Assembly: GCA_964057225.1 (NCBI GenBank)
Contig: OZ059899.1
Location: 16,678,001 to 16,742,000 of the forward strand
DNA length: 64,000 nt
DNA from: Auanema rhodensis
Taxonomy: Eukaryota; Animalia; Nematoda
Reading direction: 5' to 3'
A model generated the notes under the pieces. The model was not told where the DNA came from and searched no databases. It saw only the letters and a list, made by a program, of their open reading frames with translations. How positions within the stretch are numbered: the stretch's first letter is position 1; each line of letters opens with the position of its first letter. Positions 56,601 to 64,000 of this stretch are shown here, one piece after another. The translations under genes were made by a program, and so were the position numbers.

Positions 56601-59600
56601 TAGTTGATGATTTTTGAGAAAAATTGACAATCACCGGACACAATGTGCCTACAGCCTGAACTTTTTTGTGAACAAATCTTTTGGATGGGGTTGATCTAAA
56701 CCTGTTTTCCGGAAAACTGAGAAGTCACAGCCGAATCGTACTTGGAATATCAGATTCTACACATCTGAATACCCAACTTAGGATTATTTATTTTTCATTA
56801 TTGATGATGATTATTGAGAAAAATTGACAATCACCGGACACAACGTGCCTACAGCCTGAACTTTTTTGTGAACAAATCTTTTGGATGGGGTTGATCTAAA
56901 CCTGTTTTCCGGAAAACTGAGAAGTCACAGCCGAATCGTACTTGGAATATCAGATTCTACACATCTGAATACCCAACTTAGGATTATTTATTTTTCATTA
57001 TTTTTGATGATTATTGAGAAAAATTGACAATCACCGGACACAATGTGCCTACAGCCTGAACTTTTTTGTGAACAAATCTTTTGGATGGGGTTGATCTAAA
57101 CCTGTTTTCCGGAAAACTGAGAAGTCACAGCCAAATCACACCAAGTAATTCAGATTCTCCACATCTGAATACCCAACTTAGGATTATTTATTTTTCATTA
57201 TTGATGATGATTATTGAGAAAAATTGACAATCACCGGACACAACGTGCCTACAGCCTGAACTTTTTTGTGAACAAATCTTTTGGATGGGGTTGATCTAAA
57301 CCTGTTTTCCGGAAAACTGAGAAGTCACAGCCGAATCGTACTTGGAATATCAGATTCTACACATCTGAATACCCAACTTAGGATTATTTATTTTTCATTA
57401 TAGTTGATGATTTTTGAGAAAAATTGACAATCACCGGACACAATGTGCCTACAGCCTGAACTTTTTTGTGAACAAATCTTTTGGATGGGGTTGATCTAAA
57501 CCTGTTTTCCGGAAAACTGAGAAGTCACAGCCGAATCGTACTTGGAATATCAGATTCTACACATCTGAATACCCAACTTAGGATTATTTATTTTTCATTA
57601 TAGTTGATGATTTTTGAGAAAAATTGACAATCACCGGACACAATGTGCCTACAGCCTGAACTTTTTTGTGAACAAATCTTGTGGATGGGGTTGATATAAA
57701 CCTTTTTTCCGGAAAATTGAGAAGTCACAGCCAAATCACACCAAGTAATTCAGATTCTCCACATCTGAATACCCAACTTAGGATTATTTATTTTTCATTA
57801 TTGATGATGATTATTGAGAAAAATTGACAATCACCGGACACAATGTGCCTACAGCCTGAACTTTTTTGTGAACAAATCTTTTGGATGGGGTTGGTATAAA
57901 CCTTTTTCCGGAAAACTGAGAAGTCACAGCCAAATCACACCAAGTAATTCAGATTCTCCACATCTGAAAACCCAACTTAGGATTATTTATTTTTCATTAT
58001 TGATGATGATTATTGAGAAAAATTGACAATCACCGGACACAACGTGCCTACAGCCTGAACTTTTTTGTGAACAAATCTTGTGGATGGGGTTGATCTAAAC
58101 CTGTTTTCCGGAAAACTGAGAAGTCACAGCCGAATCGTACTTGGAATATCAGATTCTACAGATCTGAATACCCAACTTAGGATTATTTATTTTTCATTAT
58201 TGTTGATGATTTTTGAGAAAAATTGACAATCATCGGACACAACGTGCCTACAGCCTGAACTTTTTTGTGAACAAAACTTGTGGATGGGGTTGGTATAAAC
58301 CTTTTTCCGGAAAACTGAGAAGTCACAGCCAAATCACACCAAGTAATTCAGATTCTACACATCTGAATACCCAACTTAGGATTATTTATTTTTCATTATT
58401 GTTGATGATTTTTGAGAAAAAGGAACATTCACCGAGCACAACGTGCCTACAGCCTGAACTTTTTTGTAAACAAATCTTGTGGATGGGGTTGGTATAAACC
58501 TTTTTCCGGAAAACTGAGAAGTCACAGCCAAATCACACCAAGTAATTCAGATTCTACACATCTGAATACCCAACTTAGGATTATTTATTTTTCATTATAG
58601 TTGATGATTTTTGAGAAAAATTGACAATCACCGGTCACAACGTGGCTACAGCCTGAACTTTTTTGTGAACAAATCTTGTGGATGGGGTTGATATAAACCT
58701 GTTTTCCGGAAAACTGAGAAGTCACAGCCGAATCTTACTCGGAATATCAGATTCTACACATCTGAATACCCAACTTAGGATTATTTATTTTTTATTATAG
58801 TTGATGATTTTTGAGAAAAATTGACAATCACCGGTCACAACGTGGCTACAGCCTGAACTTTTTTGTGAACAAATCTTGTGGATGGGGTTGATATAAACCT
58901 GTTTTCCGGAAAACTGAGAAGTCACAGCCGAATCTTACTCGGAATATCAGATTCTACACATCTGAATACCCAACTTAGGATTATTTATTTTTTATTATAG
59001 TTGATGATTTTTGAGAAAAATTGACAATCACCGGACACAACGTGCCTACAGCCTGAACTTTTTTGTGAACAAATCTTGTGGATGGGGTTGAGATAAACCT
59101 TTTTTCCGAAAAACTGAGAAGTCACAGCCAAATCACACCAAGTAATTCAGATTCTACACATCTGAATACCCAACTTAGGTTTATTTATTTTTCATTATTG
59201 TTGATGATTTTTGAGAAAAAGGAACATTCACCGAGCACAACGTGCCTACAGCCTGAACTTTTTTGTGAACAAATCTTGTGGATGGGGTTGGTATAAACCT
59301 TTTTCCGGAAAACTGAGAAGTCACAGCCAAATCACACCAAGTAATTCAGATTCTACACATCTGAATACCCAACTTAGGATTATTTATTTTTCATTATTGT
59401 TGATGATTTTTGAGAAAAAGGAACATTCACCGAGCACAACGTGCCTACAGCCTGAACTTTTTTGTGAACAAATCTTGTGGATGGGGTTGGTATAAACCTT
59501 TTTCCGGAAAACTGAGAAGTCACAGCCAAATCACACCAAGTAATTCAGATTCTACACATCTGAATACCCAACTTAGGATTATTTATTTTTCATTATAGTT

Positions 59601-62600
59601 GATGATTTTTGAGAAAAATTGACAATCACCGGTCACAACGTGGCTACAGCCTGAACTTTTTTGTGAACAAATCTTGTGGATGGGGTTGATATAAACCTGT
59701 TTTCCGGAAAACTGAGAAGTCACAGCCGAATCTTACTCGGAATATCAGATTCTACACATCTGAATACCCAACTTAGGATTATTTATTTTTTATTATAGTT
59801 GATGATTTTTGAGAAAAATTGACAATCACCGGACACAACGTGCCTACAGCCTGAACTTTTTTGTGAACAAATCTTGTGGATGGGGTTGAGATAAACCTTT
59901 TTTCCGAAAAACTGAGAAGTCACAGCCAAATCACACCAAGTAATTCAGATTCTACACATCTGAATACCCAACTTAGGTTTATTTATTTTTTATTATAGTT
60001 GATGATTTTTGAGAAAAATTGACAATCACCGGACACAACGTGCCTACAGCCTGAACTTTTTTGTGAACAAATCTTGTGGATGGGGTTGAGATAAACCTTT
60101 TTTCCGAAAAACTGAGAAGTTACAGCCGAATCACACCAAGTAATTCAGATTCTACACATCTGAATAGCCAACTTAGGTTTATTTATTTTTTATTATAGTT
60201 GATGATTTTTGAGAAAAATTGACAATCACCGGACACAATGTGCCTACAGCCTGAACTTTTTTGTGAACAAATCTTGTGGATGGGGTTGAGATAAACCTTT
60301 TTTCCGAAAAACTGAGAAGTTACAGCCGAATCACACCAAGTAATTCAGATTCTACACATCTGAATAGCCAACTTAGGTTTATTTATTTTTTATTATAGTT
60401 GATGATTTTTGAGAAAAATTGACAATCACCGGACACAATGTGCCTACAGCCTGAACTTTTTTGTGAACAAATCTTGTGGATGGGGTTGGTATAAACTTTT
60501 TTTCCGAAAAACTGAGAAGTTACAGCCAAATCACACCAAGTAATTCAGATTCTCCACATCTGAATACCCAACTTAGGATTATTTATTTTTCATTATAGTT
60601 GATGATTTTTGAGAAAAAGGAACATTCACCGGTCACAACGTGGCTACAGCCTGAACTTTTTTGTGAACAAATCTTGTGGATGGGGTTGAGATAAACCTTT
60701 TTTCCGAAAAACTGAGAAGTCACAGCCAAATCACACCAAGTAATTCAGATTCTCCACATCTGAATACCCAACTTAGGATTATTTATTTTTCATTATTGTT
60801 GATGATTATTGAGAAAAATTGACAATCACCGGACACAACGTGCCTACAGCCTGAACTTTTTTGTGAACAAATCTTTTGGATGGGGTTGATCTAAACCTGT
60901 TTTCCGGAAAACTGAGAAGTCACAGCCGAATCTTATTCGGAATATCAGATTCTACACATCTGAATACCCAACTTAGGATTATTTATTTTTCATTATTGTT
61001 GATGATTATTGAGAAAAATTGACAATCACCGGACACAACGTGCCTACAGCCTGAACTTTTTTGTGAACAAATCTTGTGGATGGGGTTGAGATAAACCTTT
61101 TTTCCGAAAAACTGAGAAGTCACAGCCGAATCGTACTTGGAATATCAGATTCTACACATCTGAATACCCAACTTAGGATTATTTATTTTTCATTATTGTT
61201 GATGATTATTGAGAAAAATTGACAATCACCGGACACAACGTGCCTACAGCCTGAACTTTTTTGTGAACAAATCTTTTGGATGGGGTTGAGATAAACCTTT
61301 TTTCCGAAAAACTGAGAAGTTACAGCCGAATCACACCAAGTAATTCAGATTCTACACATCTGAATAGCCAACTTAGGTTTATTTATTTTTTATTATAGTT
61401 GATGATTTTTGAGAAAAATTGACAATCACCGGACACAATGTGCCTACAGCCTGAACTTTTTTGTGAACAAATCTTGTGGATGGGGTTGAGATAAACCTTT
61501 TTTCCGAAAAACTGAGAAGTTACAGCCGAATCACACCAAGTAATTCAGATTCTACACATCTGAATAGCCAACTTAGGTTTATTTATTTTTTATTATAGTT
61601 GATGATTTTTGAGAAAAATTGACAATCACCGGACACAATGTGCCTACAGCCTGAACTTTTTTGTGAACAAATCTTGTGGATGGGGTTGGTATAAACTTTT
61701 TTTCCGAAAAACTGAGAAGTTACAGCCAAATCACACCAAGTAATTCAGATTCTCCACATCTGAATACCCAACTTAGGATTATTTATTTTTCATTATAGTT
61801 GATGATTTTTGAGAAAAAGGAACATTCACCGGTCACAACGTGGCTACAGCCTGAACTTTTTTGTGAACAAATCTTGTGGATGGGGTTGAGATAAACCTTT
61901 TTTCCGAAAAACTGAGAAGTCACAGCCAAATCACACCAAGTAATTCAGATTCTCCACATCTGAATACCCAACTTAGGATTATTTATTTTTCATTATTGTT
62001 GATGATTATTGAGAAAAATTGACAATCACCGGACACAACGTGCCTACAGCCTGAACTTTTTTGTGAACAAATCTTTTGGATGGGGTTGATCTAAACCTGT
62101 TTTCCGGAAAACTGAGAAGTCACAGCCGAATCTTATTCGGAATATCAGATTCTACACATCTGAATACCCAACTTAGGATTATTTATTTTTCATTATTGTT
62201 GATGATTATTGAGAAAAATTGACAATCACCGGACACAACGTGCCTACAGCCTGAACTTTTTTGTGAACAAATCTTGTGGATGGGGTTGAGATAAACCTTT
62301 TTTCCGAAAAACTGAGAAGTCACAGCCGAATCGTACTTGGAATATCAGATTCTACACATCTGAATACCCAACTTAGGATTATTTATTTTTCATTATTGTT
62401 GATGATTATTGAGAAAAATTGACAATCACCGGACACAACGTGCCTACAGCCTGAACTTTTTTGTGAACAAATCTTTTGGATGGGGTTGATCTAAACCTGT
62501 TTTCCGGAAAACTGAGAAGTCACAGCCGAATCTTATTCGGAATATCAGATTCTACACATCTGAATACCCAACTTAGGATTATTTATTTTTCATTATTGTT

Positions 62601-64000
62601 GATGATTATTGAGAAAAATTGACAATCACCGGACACAACGTGCCTACAGCCTGAACTTTTTTGTGAACAAATCTTTTGGATGGGGTTGATCTAAACCTGT
62701 TTTCCGGAAAACTGAGAAGTCACAGCCGAATCGTACTTGGAATATCAGATTCTACACATCTGAATACCCAACTTAGGATTATTTATTTTTCATTATTTTT
62801 GATGATTATTGAGAAAAATTGACAATCACCGGACACAATGTGCCTACAGCCTGAACTTTTTTGTGAACAAATCTTTTGGATGGGGTTGATATAAACTTTT
62901 TTTCCGAAAAATTGAGAAGTCACAGCCAAATCACACCAAGTAATTCAGATTCTCCACATCTGAATACCCAACTTAGGATTATTTATTTTTCATTATTGTT
63001 GATGATTATTGAGAAAAATTGACAATCACCGGACACAACGTGCCTACAGCCTGAACTTTTTTGTGAACAAATCTTTTGGATGGGGTTGATCTAAACCTGT
63101 TTTCCGGAAAACTGAGAAGTCACAGCCGAATCGTACTTGGAATATCAGATTCTACACATCTGAATACCCAACTTAGGATTATTTATTTTTCATTATTTTT
63201 GATGATTATTGAGAAAAATTGACAATCACCGGACACAACGTGCCTACAGCCTGAACTTTTTTGTGAACAAATCTTTTGGATGGGGTTGGTATAAACCTTT
63301 TTCCGGAAAACTGAGAAGTCACAGCCAAATCACACCAAGTAATTCAGATTCTACACATCTGAATACCCAACTTAGGATTATTTATTTTTCATTATTGTTG
63401 ATGATTATTGAGAAAAATTGACAATCACCGGACACAACGTGCCTACAGCCTGAACTTTTTTGTGAACAAATCTTTTGGATGGGGTTGATCTAAACCTGTT
63501 TTCCGGAAAACTGAGAAGTCACAGCCGAATCGTACTTGGAATATCAGATTCTACACATCTGAATACCCAACTTAGGATTATTTATTTTTCATTATTTTTG
63601 ATGATTTTTGAGAAAAAGGAACATTCACCGAGCACAACGTGCCTACAGCCTGAACTTTTTTGTGAACAAATCTTTTGGATGGGGTTGATCTAAACCTGTT
63701 TTCCGGAAAACTGAGAAGTCACAGCCGAATCGTACTTGGAATATCAGATTCTACACATCTGAATACCCAACTTAGGATTATTTATTTTTCATTATAGTTG
63801 ATGATTTTTGAGAAAAATTGACAATCATCGGACACAACGTGCCTACAGCCTGAACTTTTTTGTGAACAAAACTTTTGGATGGGGTTGATCTAAACCTGTT
63901 TTCCGGAAAACTGAGAAGTCACAGCCGAATCGTACTTGGAATATCAGATTCTACACATCTGAATACCCAACTTAGGATTATTTATTTTTCATTATAGTTG
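23635..64000 (+). repeat. Satellite DNA array, 199-200 bp monomer, about 200 copies, continuing past the window end
   Basis: Monomer ttcattatagttgatgatttttgagaaaaattgacaatcaccggacacaacgtgcctacagcctgaacttttttgtgaacaaatcttKtggatggggttg...ttttccggaaaactgagaagtcacagcc...tcagattctacacatctgaatacccaacttaggattatttattt repeated head to tail; I saw no unique insertions. Confidence 0.99.

Noticed and set aside
23929-63693. Dozens of 62-94 aa ORFs (MRKIDNHR..., MDGVD...) in the array
   Set aside because: They arise from TTG/GTG starts in satellite monomers and appear or vanish with 1-bp indels; there is no coding signature.
23635-64000. CRISPR-like repeat/spacer interpretation
   Set aside because: Eukaryotic context, no unique spacers, no cas genes; variable sites are a few recurring alleles.

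Overview
Eukaryotic, almost certainly rhabditid nematode DNA: AT-rich, many ~40-50 nt introns, TTTTCAG acceptors, and splice-acceptor-like sites just ahead of start codons. It resembles a compact Auanema-type genome, but I cannot confirm the species. The first 19.1 kb is gene-dense: the 3' end of mitochondrial TFB1M, a phospholipid scramblase, katanin p80 (WD40 + con80), a probable operon spcs-1 / lonp-1 / ttc-1, NDUFA13 and a small coiled-coil gene. A ~4.5 kb transition zone follows. It holds a degenerate tRNA-like element, a 15/45-bp purine-rich minisatellite, inverted satellite fragments, and a 1.5-kb cassette bounded by 41-bp inverted repeats that looks like a TATA-driven, spliced, highly structured lncRNA gene. 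From ~23.64 kb to the end is an uninterrupted ~200-bp satellite (~200 monomers) with higher-order duplications. The abrupt gene-to-satellite boundary with an adjacent lncRNA-like locus fits a programmed-DNA-elimination or heterochromatin boundary. That is an inference, and I could not identify a convincing break motif. All gene models and family calls were made by eye and from memory.
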